From NCBI GenBank assembly GCA_039621445.1, contig CP154954.1:20012642-20076641 (forward strand): a stretch of DNA of 64,000 nucleotides, given 5' to 3'. Numbering within the stretch: the first letter of the stretch is position 1; each line of letters starts with the position of its first letter. Origin of the DNA: Euglena gracilis. Taxonomy: Eukaryota. A program made the position numbers and the translations under genes. The notes under the pieces were generated by a model that saw only the letters and a program-made list of their open reading frames with translations, did no database searches and had not been told where the DNA came from. Below are positions 45,375 through 58,645 of this stretch, in pieces.

Positions 45375-48300
45375 GAGAGGCATGGGCCGTCTGCATGTCG
45401 ATGAATCGGCTCAGGGCCTCCTCGAGGGCCGTGATGCGCGAGTCCACCACGGCCTGGAACCGTCGCTCCGCCGCCCCCACACGGGCCTGGAGCTTGTCAA
45501 ACATCACACCCCTGGGCCGTGTCGGCGGGAGTCAGCGGAAAAGCAACAACCTGTTCGCTTCGAGGGGGGGGGGGCGGCCATATTATGCCATGAATATGAA
45601 ACCCTTGAAATTTCCCAATTTGTATGTCTGGGTTTATTTGCGACGTTTCTGGAGAATTTGTCCTGGCCCTGGGAAAAATCCTAAAGCGGGCGCCTGCAGG
45701 GCTCCCAGTCTGGTCACCGCGGGGGTTGAGGTGAAAACTCCTCCGGTGCCGAAGGCACTGAAAATTCAGCGGACCTGGAAAAGGCGGGAAGCAGGCTTTT
45801 GCTTGAAAACCCCGTGGTACTCCACTAGCGAGCCATTTTGCTAGAAAAAGCCAATATCCAGGACCGCCCAGGGGGGGGGGGGGCAGGGTAACGCCAACTG
45901 GACAAAAAAGTTTTCCTCTGGCGCTGTGCACTGAGGTGAAAATCAGGTTTTTAATGGTTGGGAAAATGCTGTTGGCCAGGGCTCAGGAGGTGTCCCTGGC
46001 TCGCAACCGAAAACAGGCAAGAAAGCCAGATCCAGCTGGGTTGGATTTTGCAAGCCAGGTTTTTGGAGTGAAACCAAAACAAATCAAAAGGGGCCATCCT
46101 TTGGGAATTTTCGACCTTTTTCACGGTGTACCATTGCGGGGGGGTCACACCTTTCGGAGAGGCTTTGCTGCGATAACTTTCTTTCACTCGACTCCGGGGG
46201 GGGGGGGGGTCCGCAGCCTGATTGGGAACTGCTGGCTGGAAAAAAAGTGCTGGCTGGCTGGACGGTTGTTGTTGGGTCCCAGGTTGGGTCCCCTGCGTCA
46301 AACTCACCATTTACCATGCGCATATGAAGCATGGTCCCAAAAAGAGCTTGTACTCGGAACTGCACAGCCCAGAGCATGCCCTCAACGGTGGCCTCCAGCA
46401 CCCCCAAGCTTCCCTCCAGCTTGTGCCAGCTGTTGTGAGCAGGGCGGTCCACACAACGCATGAATCTCGGTGGAGGGGGGTGGGGGAAGGGTTCGATATA
46501 AAGAGAGGAGGGGGGGGTCTGCGGGCCAGGGGGGGGGGGGTGGGGGGACACCCCCCCACCTAAACCACGTACACCCTCCTTATATCGAACCCTGGGTGGG
46601 GGGACCCACCTTTCCGTAACTAGGGGGGTGGGGGGTTGGGGGAACCCCCCTCCTACCTCCAGTTTTCGGTCGCCGAAAATTTCGGCCATTTTTTGGGGTC
46701 AAAAATTCAATTCTTCGGCCTCCGAGGAGGCTCCGGGGAGGCTCCCCATGCGGCCCCCCTGGGGGCGCTCCGCGGTGGCAATGCGCTCCAGCAGGTGGCG
46801 GTTCTCCTCCGCCAGCGCCCCGGAGTTCAGCCGCTCGAGGGCCGCGAGGCGGTGGTCGAGGTCCGCCTCCAGCGTGGCGTGGAGGCGGTGCTCCAGGTGG
46901 TGGATCCGCCGCACACCGCTTTGCTCCCTTGGCGCACCAACCTCCCGGGCAGGGTTCGATATAGGCAGGAGGGGGGGTCAGACCAGACTTTCATTTAGTG
47001 CGCCGCGGCGAAGTTTGCCGCGGCGCAAAAAAAAATTTGAGCCGCAGTTACAAAATTTCCGGTGCCGCGGCGCAGAAAATTTTCTTTCCGCAGTGCACTA
47101 AATGAAAGTCTGGGTCGGACCCCCTGCAGTCTGCAGGGTTTCTCACAAATTCATGCTAGGGGCCCTCAATTCTGATTTGTGAATATTCGTGGCACGAATT
47201 GGTGGGAACCCTGCAGTGTGCAAGGGGGGGGATATCCCCAACTCCTGCACAGTGGCGCGGTCAGGGTGACTGAAATTCGGCCCGGAGCGAAGCACCGGGC
47301 CGAAAAAGTTTGCCCCCAAAATCGGCCAAATCTGCCATTTGGGGCACATTTTGGGGCAAAAGAATCGCCAAAAATACCAAAAAATTTTCTGCGGAAAGTG
47401 CCGGCAGAAAAAAAAATGACCTTTGGGGGGAGGGGTCGGGTATGCCCCCCCCGGGGTCGGCAGGCCTTTTTTAAGGCGTCTAAAAAAATCCTTAACCCGC
47501 CTCAAAATGCGCCTTAAATTTTTTTTGCCAAATTACCTGAAATTGCCTTAAAGTGCCTCGAAAATTGGGGGGTTGGGGAATTTTCTTCAACCAAGCAAAA
47601 ATGAAATGCGCAGAATCTCAGGAAAAAATGGTTTCTGGCATCGCTGGATCATTGCCCATCTAACCAAATCTCCAAAAAATGCATTTTTTTGACTTTTTTT
47701 TTTCGATTTTGGACCACATGCAAAATCGAAACCGTTGGTTCGATGCCGGGACAGCCCTTCAACTGCCCTGGGAAATAACGTCTTAAAAAGCCTTAAAATG
47801 CCTTAAAAGCCTTTTTTCTATTAAAAAAAAATGCCTTAATATGCCTCAACATTTGGGGAAAAAATAGCCTGAAAAATAACAATAATGATCCCTGGTGGTT
47901 TTTGGACCCCCCTTCTGGTCCAGGAGGGAGGGGGTGGAGGAACACCCCCCTCTGACCCGTACACCGTCCATGTATCAAACCCTGGGGTGAGGTTTGTTTT
48001 GAGATCAATAGAGCAACCCCCCAGAAAACTTTCAAATAACAACATGTTGTCCACGTTTGAGCCCTTTCTGCCAAAAGAATTTGTTGAGTCGCACCAATGT
48101 TTTTTCCAGCTCCCGACTGCACTGGGCTGGCCAAAAACTTTATTCCAACGGATCCTGGAGGGGGGGTCGGTAGGTAGCCTGGCTGGGAGCTGCTGACTGG
48201 GAAAAAAAAGGTGCTGGGCTGGACCCTGTGGTCTCCGAATATAAGAAAACCCCTCGCTGTCGCTCTGAGGTAAAAAAAAAAAGCCCAGGGAAAAAATTGG

Positions 48301-48925
48301 ACGGTTTTTCAAGGACATGAAAACTTTGGATGTTCATGGGACAAAAGCAGGAATTATGACTGTCAAATTGAACTGAAAATCAAATCAGGAGGTACCAACA
48401 CAAACATATGAATTTTCAGGCCTCGAAATTAGGAATCACCTCCAAATTGGCACCATTTTGTCAAAATGATGGAGAAAATGGGGAAAAATTTTTGGTGAAA
48501 ATGTGGTGAGTTTTGGAGGCCACAACTGAAAATACGGGGGGGGGGAGGTGGCGGAATTTTCCTTTGCCAATTTGTTCACCCCAATTTTGTGCGCCTCTGA
48601 TTTCCTCCCTGCAGGGGGGCTCCGAGGGACTCAAATAAGGGGGGACAATTTACGAACAAAAAACTGAAAATCGCAAAATCAGAAAGTCGGTGAAACAAAA
48701 AGAAAAACCCCTGCGGGGGGGGGGGGTTCGCATTTGACCCCTGAAGGGGGGTCAGTTGCAGGGCTGTATGGGAAGGCCGGGTGGGGGGCGGTTGACCCCC
48801 CCACCCACAGGGTTGCGGGGATTCCCATACAGCCCGGGTCAGGCCTTTTGGGCAAACCACGAAGCAAAGGTGTGGTCCGTTGCCGGGAGACCCGCTCCTC
48901 CTGCTGCACCTCCGTCAACATCCGT
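45375..48925 (-). CDS. Internal exons of a coiled-coil protein gene (partial model)
   Basis: Exons ~48924-48872 (DVDGGAAGGAGLPATDH), 46914-46765 (VRRIHHLEHRL...TAER), 46434-46378 (NSWHKLEGSLGVLEATVEG), 45504-45375 (MFDKLQARV...TAHAS), joined in frame by three stem-forming non-conventional introns; 5' and 3' exons not resolved. Confidence 0.7.
46984..47112. mobile_element. hAT-like MITE (same family as 3483-4280)
   Basis: TIR CAGACTTTCATTTAGTGC; TSD GGTCAGAC/GGTCGGAC (7/8). Confidence 0.88.
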
Positions 48926-50020
48926 CCCACCCAGGGAATGTCTCAAGCCCCCCCCCCCCCCGGATTTCTCAAGCCCAACCCAGCCGGCTGAAAAAAGGTC
49001 CTTGCTGGAAAAAAGGTGCTGGCTGGACCGCCCCAGGGGGTGGGGGGGCCGGGGGGGATTCCTACCGGCTCCCAGGCTGGACCTGGAGGGAACCCCCAAA
49101 ACCATCAAAAAAGCCTAAGTCCGGCTGGGTTGGATTCTTTTCAGCCAAAATTTGAGAATTCAAAAAAACAACCAAAACTGGACATCTTTGGCCATTTCGG
49201 ACCCCTTTTTTCAAAAATTTCGGATTTTTCTTTTCGTCCAGCCCGGCTTTGGCAGCTGCGAAAACTTTATTACTGCTCCACCCTGGTGGTCCGCAGTGCG
49301 GCTAGGAGGTGCTGGCTGGGGGAAAAAGCTTGCTGGCTGGATCCCCAGGGGGGGGGGGCGGGATGGAGGGGTCCAGCTTTTGAGATTCCCTGGCCCCACC
49401 TCCTCCTGGATTGGCCACGGGGCTTTGTTGCGACAAAAGGGTCGTCTAACGCTTCCCAAAAATAACCAAAAACCATAATCAACTTTCAATGACCTTGGGA
49501 ACCAATACCCCGCATCAACAGAAAAGAAATCAATTTGAAAAATTGAAGATTTCCATTCATCGGGAATCCAAATACCAATAACGAGCCATTTTTTTTCAAT
49601 TCCACTCAACAAAGTCCCAAATCCAATGAAATGATGCTCCCAATGGTTGATGAGGCTTTGTTCTGGAGTCTCTGGCGGAAAAAAATCCACATGGAATGCA
49701 AGAAAACACAGCATTGAAATTCATTGAGGGACAACAAACCAGAATTTTTTTTCAACCCTACAGGGGAGATTGTGCTATGGGGTGCCTGGACATTCACAGA
49801 TGGGCATGTGTTATTGAAAAAAATAATAGTAACAATAATCGGCCATCCTTTCCATGGAATTTTTTACCGACCCCGGGGGGGGGTCACTCCACTCTTCGGA
49901 AAACCAGTCAGTCACCTTTTTTGGGGGAAACCAGTCAGTCACTACCCCCGGGGGGGGGGGGGGTCGGCCACTCTGGAATCCAAAGGAAATTTGACCAAGA
50001 ACATGAAAGCGCCTTCGGCG

Positions 50021-50281
50021 CAGGGGTTTTTTTTTTAAGACCGGGGGGTCCCCCCCCCCACCCACCCACCCACCCCATGGGGGGGGGGGTCCTGGGGGAC
50101 CCACAAAAAAATGGCCGAAAATCACACAAAGTGCTAAAAATAGCATCCTTCCAAAATTTTTCGGCGCCGAAAAACATATCCACCCCCCTCCGGGGGGACC
50201 CCCCAGGGGGGGCTCGGCTGGACCCACGCACCCCACCCCCCCTCCCCCCTCCCCCGGGGGTCCACGACAAAAAAACCCCTG
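50021..50281. mobile_element. hAT-like MITE
   Basis: CAGGGGTTTTTT...AAAAAACCCCTG; perfect TSD CTTCGGCG. Confidence 0.9.
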
Positions 50282-50503
50282 CTTCGGCGCCGGGTCACTT
50301 TAGTGGTTTTTTGCCGACCCCCCCCCGGGGGTCCGGACCAAAAACCAGTCAGTCACTCTGAAAAAACTAGTCACCCACCCCCCCCGGGGGGGGGGGGGTC
50401 GGCCAGTGACTAAGTGATTGCATAATCCTTTCTTTCGCATGATGGAATTCCCCAAAAATTGGAGAGGAGAGATCACACGGGGAAGAATTCACTCAACACC
50501 AAT

Positions 50504-50726
50504 CAGGCTTCTTTTTAAGACCCCGGGGGGGGGGGGGGCGGGGACCCCCCCAAAATCGGGCCCGTTAAAGGCAATTTTCAAAAAATTTCGGCGCTTCGTG
50601 CCGAAAAGGTATACCCACCGCCTCCGGCGCGGGACCCCCTCCAGGGGGGGGGGGGTCCGGCCCGGACCCACCCACCCACCCCCCCTCCCCCCGGAGGGGG
50701 GGTCTTCTGACTTAAAAAGAAGCCTG
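50504..50726. mobile_element. hAT-like MITE (same family as 41979-42251)
   Basis: CAGGCTTCTTTTTAAG...CTTAAAAAGAAGCCTG; perfect TSD ACACCAAT. Confidence 0.9.
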
Positions 50727-53700
50727 ACACCAATTTGCACAAAAAAATTGGGTTGTGACCGTTGCATTTGCATTGCGAACACAATCCTGTCCTGGTGGAA
50801 TTTCCTTGAGGACGCTTGCAAAGAAGATATTTTCTTGAGATCCCATACACCAAGCCCCTCACCCCCCTCCCCGGGTCAACAACTTTTTCAAAATATCTGT
50901 TGCACAATGGATATTTCCCACACAGGGGTTCATGCCCACGATGCAAAGTATGGAAAGGCCCCGCAGCATGCAAAAAATCATCTGCTGTGACCATGGCCAC
51001 ATCGTGCGTGTCCGCCTTCGGCCCAGAACAGGCCATTTCTGTATGAAACTTCATAATCAACTTCCAGCAAAAAAAAGTTCAGAATTTCAGAGTCCAGCTG
51101 ATGGATTGAGGAACAGCCCGGTCCTGATATTGCCAGCAGCCCCACATGTGCAGCAGCCAGCCAACCCGCTGGCAGTGTGAAATCCTCATGTGTATGCACG
51201 AGGGCACAAGGCTGATACACACCCCGGCTCCAGGGGTCAACCTCTACAAGGGCGTGTTTCCAGGGCTGCCTTGGGCAATTGTAATGGGACTTGACAGTTG
51301 GCTGTTGCAATCAACCGGTGCAAAACTGGACCCCGACATTTGGGCACCTCGAGAGCAGATTTTTGCTGAAGGACCTGGGGGGTCACCGTCTAGACACTAG
51401 AGAAAAAAGCCACTGGCTTGGTCCAGGGGGCTCCCAACTGGATAAAAATTTCGGCCCTGCACGCCACGGTGGAAATGAGGTTTTACAACTGTTTTTGGCT
51501 GATTTCGTTCCCAAAAAAAATACCAAACATGGCCAAAAACGAGCATTGTGGCACGCATCAGGGCCCTCAAAAAAATTCGGCACTTCATGCTGGTCACTGG
51601 CAGGCTATTGCTCAAAGACTCGGGGGGGGGGGAGGTGCACTGGCTCGCCAGTTTGCTTGATAATGGATAAAAGGGACCAGCTTGACCCCCTCCCCAGAGC
51701 AGAACGGGAAAGCCTGGTGGGGGGGGGGGGTGGTCGACCCCCCCCCACCCGGGAGTTGGGGGGGGGGGTGGGTCGACCCCCCCCACCCACCACAGCATTT
51801 TCATCAATTTCGGCCAACGGGGACGTTGGCCGGGGGAAATTTTTGAATTTTTTTTGAAAAACGAACCCAAAATACATGATTTTTTTATGGAAAACCACAT
51901 TTTTCACAAAAAAAATCTCAAAATTTTCAGGTTGAAAATTGGTAGTTTTCAGGAGGGGGTTAAAAAAAAACAAAGCTCAAAAAAATAACAAAATTTTGGC
52001 ACAGTCCAATTTTACTGAGATTTTTTCTCTTGGAATTTTTCTGATTTTCAAAGGCTTTTTTTGCATCAAAAACCGCTCACAAGGTTGGGTTTTGTTTTTG
52101 TATTTTTGGGGGGGTCCCAAAATCGACCCAAAGATTTTGGGGGGGGGTACACAAAAATCAAAATTTTGGGTCTCCATTGACGATGAGAGAAAACCACGGG
52201 AAACAATGGTCAACATCCGCAAAGTCACAAAGGGGCTGTCGCTCAGAGTTGTCCTGAACACTCCCCGTCTGCTTGAAACAGTTTCTGGCGTTTTTTTCTC
52301 ATAGTCAGACCTTCTTAGTTTAGTTAGTACAGTTTTGGATCCTGAAATTTTTTTGGGGCCACAAGGCCTTTCAAAATGCCCCAAAATGCAAATTTTCTGT
52401 TCTAGACATGTAAAAACCCCCCAAACTGAAAATAATAGTCTGGATTCCAACGATCACCCCTTATCAGAATCCACAATTTTGTTGTACTATCCCCCCCGGT
52501 GTATAAACACCGGCCTTGTATAAGCACTGCCCCCCCCCCCCGGTGCGCTTCCATCCTTTTGGACGCGTTGGACAGGAATCCTGCATTGCATGTGGGGGTC
52601 GGTGGTTCGATTCCGGCTGCAGCCCCAGGGATTATTTAAGGCCGCACCCCCGGCGGGGAGGGGGGGTTGGGGTGGGTCCGGCCGGACCCCCCCCGGGGGG
52701 CCCAGAGGGGGGGTGAGATATACTTTTTGGCGCCGCAGGCGCAGAAAATTTTTAAAAGGCTTTTCTTGGCCAAAATCAGACTTTTTCAGGTGGTTAGGGG
52801 TTATGGGTTAAATTTTTCAAAGTGGGGATCCCAAAAATACAAATTTTGGGTGTTGTTGGGAAGGTACCCAAAAAACAAAAGTTTGGGGGGGACCCAAAAC
52901 CCAAAACCCAACCTTGCCGCTCAAAATCAAAATTTTGAGAAAATGTTGATATTTTGGAAGGTGTGAAAAAAATGGGGTTTTGGGGGGACCTCGTGTAAGG
53001 GTCCCAAAATGGGTCCCCAAAAAACACCCAGTGCCGAAGGTGCCGGGAAGAGGTGGTGGGGGGGGGTCGACCCCCCCACCCACCATGCAGGGGGTGGGGG
53101 GGAGGTCGACCCCCCCCCACCCACCACCCTGGCCGCGAGGCCGTTTCCCGTTCTGCCCCCCCGGGGGGGGGGGGGTTGTAAACCCCCCCCCAAAAATAAG
53201 ACCCGGGTCTTATTTTTGGGTCCGTTGCTGGAAACCTCCAGGGGGGGTCTTATTTTTGGGGGGGGTCTTATTTTTGGATTTTTGCTTGACAGACCCGGGC
53301 CCGAAAAAAAAAGTATTTTTTAGGTTCCCAAAAACACTAAAAATTTTCCTTCGGCGCTTCGCGCCATGTGCAAATTTGTGTAAGTTGACATTTAGCATGT
53401 TTTTTAAACTTCAAGAATCTGAAATTTTTTGAAATTTCATCATTTTTGTGTGTGAAATTTGGGTTTTTGGCAATTTCTCAGGGAAAATTTTCACCGTCCC
53501 CGGCGCTTCGCGCCGTCAGGGGGGGTCTTATTTATGGGGGGGGTCTTATTTTTGGGGGGGGTCTTATTTTTGGGGGGGGTCTTATTTTTGGGGGGGGGTT
53601 TATGGGAAGAGGAATGAAGGGGGGAGTCAGACCATTGACCCCCACCACCTGCCTCAATACAAACAGGCTTCCCAAAAAATACAAAAAAAAACACAAAAAA

Positions 53701-54778
53701 ATGCAAGTAGCATGTGGAGAGGACTTGGAGAGGAGCTTTCAGCTCCATCAGGAATTTTTTCATTTGCATAAAAATAAGCATTTTGTTGACCAAAAAATGC
53801 AAAAAAAATGGCAAAGAATTGACAAAATTTTGATCTCATGGGAAATCAGGGCCAAAACGAGGAATTTTTCAAAGTCCAAATTTTTTCCAGCAAAAACCCA
53901 AAAATCGCCAGAAAAAAACGCATTAAGCCACCTGAGGCTATGCGCAGTTTGGATATTTGTATGTGGAATTATTTGAAGTCGGAATGATTTCCCAGCAGAA
54001 GTTGCCAAATTTTGTCAAAATTTTTAAAAATTGGCAAAATTTGGCAAATAAAAAAAAAAAAAAACAAAAAGCACCTGGGTTCCCTTATGCACCGTTCAAG
54101 GAATGGCCGGAACTCATTTCGTCTTTCAGGTTCATGCGGAAAAAATTGCAGAAAGGGAGGAAACTGTGAGGAAATTGCGGGAAACTCGCGGGAAAATTGC
54201 TGAATATTGCAGAAAATTGTGGAAAATCGTGGAAACGGCGGGAAAATTGCGCACATCAATTTCCCCCTGCAAATGTCCCCATGTATTTAGGGACATAAAA
54301 GCATCTGATAGGGTGGGGTGAGAAATATTTTTGCCACTGTGTGTTTAAAAATCACTCTCAAACAAGATCCAATTAAGGCGTCGCTTAGCGACTCCTGGAG
54401 AGAAGTTCCAGCTCGAGGCTGGAAATTTTGCTCAAGCCAGCCCTGTGTGGGAGGCCAAGATGGCCAGCTTGACTGATGCCCACCGCACAACGTTGAATCC
54501 TTCTTGGTTGATAGCACGAATCAAAAACAGGTCATTGCTGTCATTCATGACCCCCCCCCGACCCATGAAACTTAGACCGCAAAAGACAATTTTGCTGAAA
54601 ATCCCGTCTGGGAGAACTGATTGAAAAAAAATCACAGTAAATGCTGAAATATGAAATAAAATCTATTGGCAGGTACGCCACAGGCTGTGTGCAGTAAGAA
54701 GAAATGCAACATGGACCCCCAAAGCAAAAAAAAATGAATGAAATTCTGGCTTTTGGAAGAAGTTCCAGAGACTTATGA

Positions 54779-55032
54779 GGCAGCCTCCAACTAAAGGGAC
54801 CCCCCCCCCGGGGGGCCTTTAATTGGATCAGGGGGAGGCAATTTTTTTTTGTGTTATTGAAGGAATAGGGTTAAGGGTACGACTTAGGGTTAGGATGAGG
54901 CCTAACTTACAGATTAGTGTACAAATTAGGCCGAATTTGTAACCCTGACCTCACTCCATCATTAACGCAAAAAAAATTGCCGCCCCCTGATCCAACTAAA
55001 GGCCCCCCCGGGGGGTCCCTTTGGAGGCTGCC
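54779..55032. mobile_element. MITE with GG...CC ends and 8-bp TSD (Merlin-like)
   Basis: TIR GGCAGCCTCCAA; TSD ACTTATGA; second copy, inverted, at ~57809-58030. Confidence 0.8.
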
Positions 55033-55778
55033 ACTTATGACTAGGTGCATTACTGCTCCAGAGCAGACCACAAAGCGGGAAGAAGTTATAGCTAACCTTA
55101 AAATTTTCCGCCTCCCAGCCAGGAACCTTTCGCCACCCAACCCCGCGACTTTTCCATACATTTTTGCACCTTGACCTGGTTTACTTTGGCATTGATCCCC
55201 GTCATTTCCGCCACATCTGGCCGTCACTCCCGGGACCCTTGGCAGTTGAAAATGGGGCACACCTTAAAGGCACTGGTGCTGCAATTCATGGGGGGGGCCC
55301 CACTCCGGTTCTCCAAAAATGGTCAAAAATCACGAAAATGCTGAAAATAGCACCCCTTTCAAAAATTTTCAGCGCCTTTATTGCCGACAAGCACATCCCA
55401 CCTCCCCCCTCGGGGGGGGGGGCTGGGCCAGACCCACCCACCCCGCCGGCGGTCCAAGGCTTTAAAAAAAAACCCTGGCATTCAGCAAATTGTGGTCACT
55501 CTCAACTAAGGTTGGACGAATACTGTTCGTTCAACCTCGTGGACGAATAAAACCGATTAATCTCCCCTATCCGACGAATAGTCGACTATTTTTCACCCTT
55601 GGAGTTTTCTCTGCTCCATCCCACTCTGTAAATAATACAATAAAAATGGTGAATAGATATATTCGTTAAATTCTATACCAGGTCGTATAACATTCATCAT
55701 TTACATGAAAACCTATTTTCTGGGCCCGACGCCTGTCTTGAAATTCTACTGACATTGACGGATTTCAGGCTGAAATTG

Positions 55779-55990
55779 TTTATGTCAGTCGATTTCCGTT
55801 CAGGCGCCCGTTGATGTCGGTCGATTTCCATTCAGGCACCCGTTTATGTCAGTTGATTTCCATTCAGGCACCCGTTTATGTCAGCCGATTTCCATTCAGG
55901 CGCCCGTTTATGTCAGTCGATTTCCATTCAGGCACCCGTTTATGTCGGTCGATTTCCATTCAGGCGCCCGTTTATGTCAGTCGATTTCCG
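55779..55990. repeat. 32-bp minisatellite (~6.5 units); second array at ~56630-56770
   Basis: Unit TTTATGTCAGTCGATTTCCATTCAGGC(A/G)CCCG, inside an element bounded by AACCTATTTTCTGGGCCCGACGCCTGTCTTG inverted repeats. Confidence 0.9.
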
Positions 55991-56867
55991 AAATCTGTTG
56001 CTGGTCAGATTGGGAATTTTTTAGTGACTTTTTGGACATTTTGGATTTCCCTTTTTTTCGACATTTTTGGTCCTATGGGGTTGTGGAGGCGTTATGGACC
56101 AGACAAAAACCAAATTTTGTGGTCAGGTGACAGCTGGCTGAACTTTGGATGGAACAGACGGAAGGACGGAACTTAAGATTATCATTTTCTGGAACTTCAG
56201 AAAAAGCCTGAACCAGTTGTCATCACTGGTCATCTGAAAGAAAAGCTTTCGGGTGAGGAGTGATTTGGCAATGCTAAACCTATTTTCTGGGCTCGACGCC
56301 TGTATTGCAATTCTATTCTATTGCAAGGCTGTGTTCATAGCAACATGGCTTTGGTCAAAATCTGTGTTTCTAAAAAAACGCAGACTCTGACCTGAGTCTG
56401 TGTTTCGAAACGCTGAGTCTGTTTCTGCATTTCGAAACGCAGACTCAGGTCAGAGTCTGTGTTTAAGACACAATTCTTCATAGAGATTGTTTCTTTCAAA
56501 ATGGAAGAAAAAAGCATTCCGAAAAAAAAGGAGACAAAAGGTTGGTCGACATTAACGGATTTCAGGCTGAAACTTACAATGTCCCAAAACGGAACAAAAA
56601 GGACAAAAATTCTACTGACATTGACGGATTTCAGGCGCCCGTTTATGTCATTCGATTTCCGTTCAGGCGCCCGTTTATGTCAATCAATTTCCATTCAGGC
56701 GCCCGTTTATGTCAGTCGATTTCCATTCAGGCGCCGTTTATGACAGTCGATTTCCATTCAGGCGCCCGTTAATGGGCCAAAAAACCCTTTTTTGACCATT
56801 TCCGTCTAGGCGGTTCGGTCGAATGAATATCAAGACAGGCGTCGGGCCCAGACAAAATAGGTTTTAG

Positions 56868-56971
56868 AAAAATCGACCGACACTAACAGATTCAGCAGGG
56901 GCGCCGGGCGCGAGCGAGCGAAGCGAGCCGCCCGGCGCCCCTGCTGAATCTGTTAGTGTCGGTCGATTTTT
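56868..56971. repeat. Perfect 43-bp-stem inverted repeat
   Basis: AAAAATCGACCGACACTAACAGATTCAGCAGGGGCGCCGGGCG, 18-nt loop, exact reverse complement. Confidence 0.95.
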
Positions 56972-57763
56972 TGTGTAATAATATACACTAAAATAGGTAT
57001 ATTAATATGTATTGTGGTCATGTACCTGCTTATCCTTTTCGACCAGATACCTTTATTATTAGTTGATCTATAACAAAATATCAGTGTTATAATAAAATAG
57101 GTAAAATAGGTATAGGTATAGATCCATCATTTATTACCCATTTTATTATATACATTAACTAATAATTATTTTATACAAAAATCGACTGCCACTGGGGTGA
57201 AAGGGTGCATGCCCCTAGCAGGCACAACCCCGGGGGGGGGTCCAGGGGGGGCCCAGAAAATTTTCATTGAAAATGGCCTTTTTCGGGCCCCCGGCGCCTT
57301 TGGCACCGGACCCCCCAAAAACCCGACCCCCCCCCCCGGCGGTGGGGGTTCGGATGGGGTGCTCTTGGGTGCCCGCCCCTCCGTGGGGTAGGCACCCGAC
57401 TGAAGGAAAAAAAAGCCTGCCCCCCCCCACAAAGTGTCCCCCCCCCCCGGCCACTTTGAGGGGGAGTGAGGGTATGTGTGCACTTTTCTTTTCTTTTTGA
57501 GGACTGTCTTGAAAACCGTTTATTTGGAACGGCGCCCATGCTAGAACCTGTTAATGTCAGTCGATTTGCAAGACAGGCGTCGGGCCCTGGAAATAGGGTT
57601 TAAGTTTTTTATTTAATAATTTTTATACATTAATGAAAATAGAATACCATACATTATTATTAGGACCAATTCTATGGACTTTTATATAACATATGAATTG
57701 TTAAGTTTTGTTACATATAGATATAGATATAGATATAGATATATATATATATGTTTATGTAAT

Positions 57764-57798
<35 letters not shown>

Positions 57799-58601
57799 AT
57801 ATTTTTACGGCAGCCTCCAACTAAAAGGGTCCCCCCAGGGGGCCTTTTAGTTGGAGGTTGCCATAGGCTGCATAAAGGCTGAACTTGTGCACCCAACCCT
57901 AATCTATAAGTTAGGCCGAACCCTGACCCCAACTCTTAACCCTAACCCTATCCCATCAATAACGCAAAAAAAGATTTTGACCCCTGATCCAACTAAAGTC
58001 CCCGGGGGGGCCCTTGAGTTGGAGGCTGCCATACATACATACACACACATATATATTATATATAATATATATAGGGGGGGGGGTGATCCCCGTGTCCCCC
58101 CCCCCCCCGATCCCCCGTGGCCCACACTTGACCCCCCCCCCTGGGGGGTTGCTGTATCCTGGGGGGGGGGGGAAGTGGGGGTCGACCGAGAGCGACCATG
58201 GTCGCTCTCGGTCGCTCTCTGTCGTGGGCCTGTGAATGTCAAAAAGTGTTTAACCGGGCAAATTGCCGCAACGTACAAGCAAAAGGCGTTACACACACAA
58301 GGGATTTTGTTATTTTAGGGCCCTGGAACAGTTGCCTACGCCGCTACATGGCAAAAAAGGTGGAAAAAAATCCCGGTAGGAATCACCCATAGCGACCGAG
58401 AGCGACCATGGTCGACCCCCACTACCCCCCCAAGGCCAGAACCGGGAGCCCCCCCCCCTGACGTTCACAGCTGCGCTATCGCAAACCCAAATCCTTTCAC
58501 TTCTCCTTTCTCCTTTGCATTCCAACTCGCAGCATTCTGGCAGCAACTCGGCCCCAAAGGTCCATGTTCCCCCCGTGTCCCCCCCGGTGTCCTGCCCCAC
58601 C

Positions 58602-58645
<44 letters not shown>

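Noticed and set aside
54865-54900. Telomeric repeat
   Set aside because: Short, degenerate and internal to a MITE
55779-56770. 32-bp repeats resembling a CRISPR array
   Set aside because: Head-to-tail units with no unique spacers and no cas genes; a minisatellite
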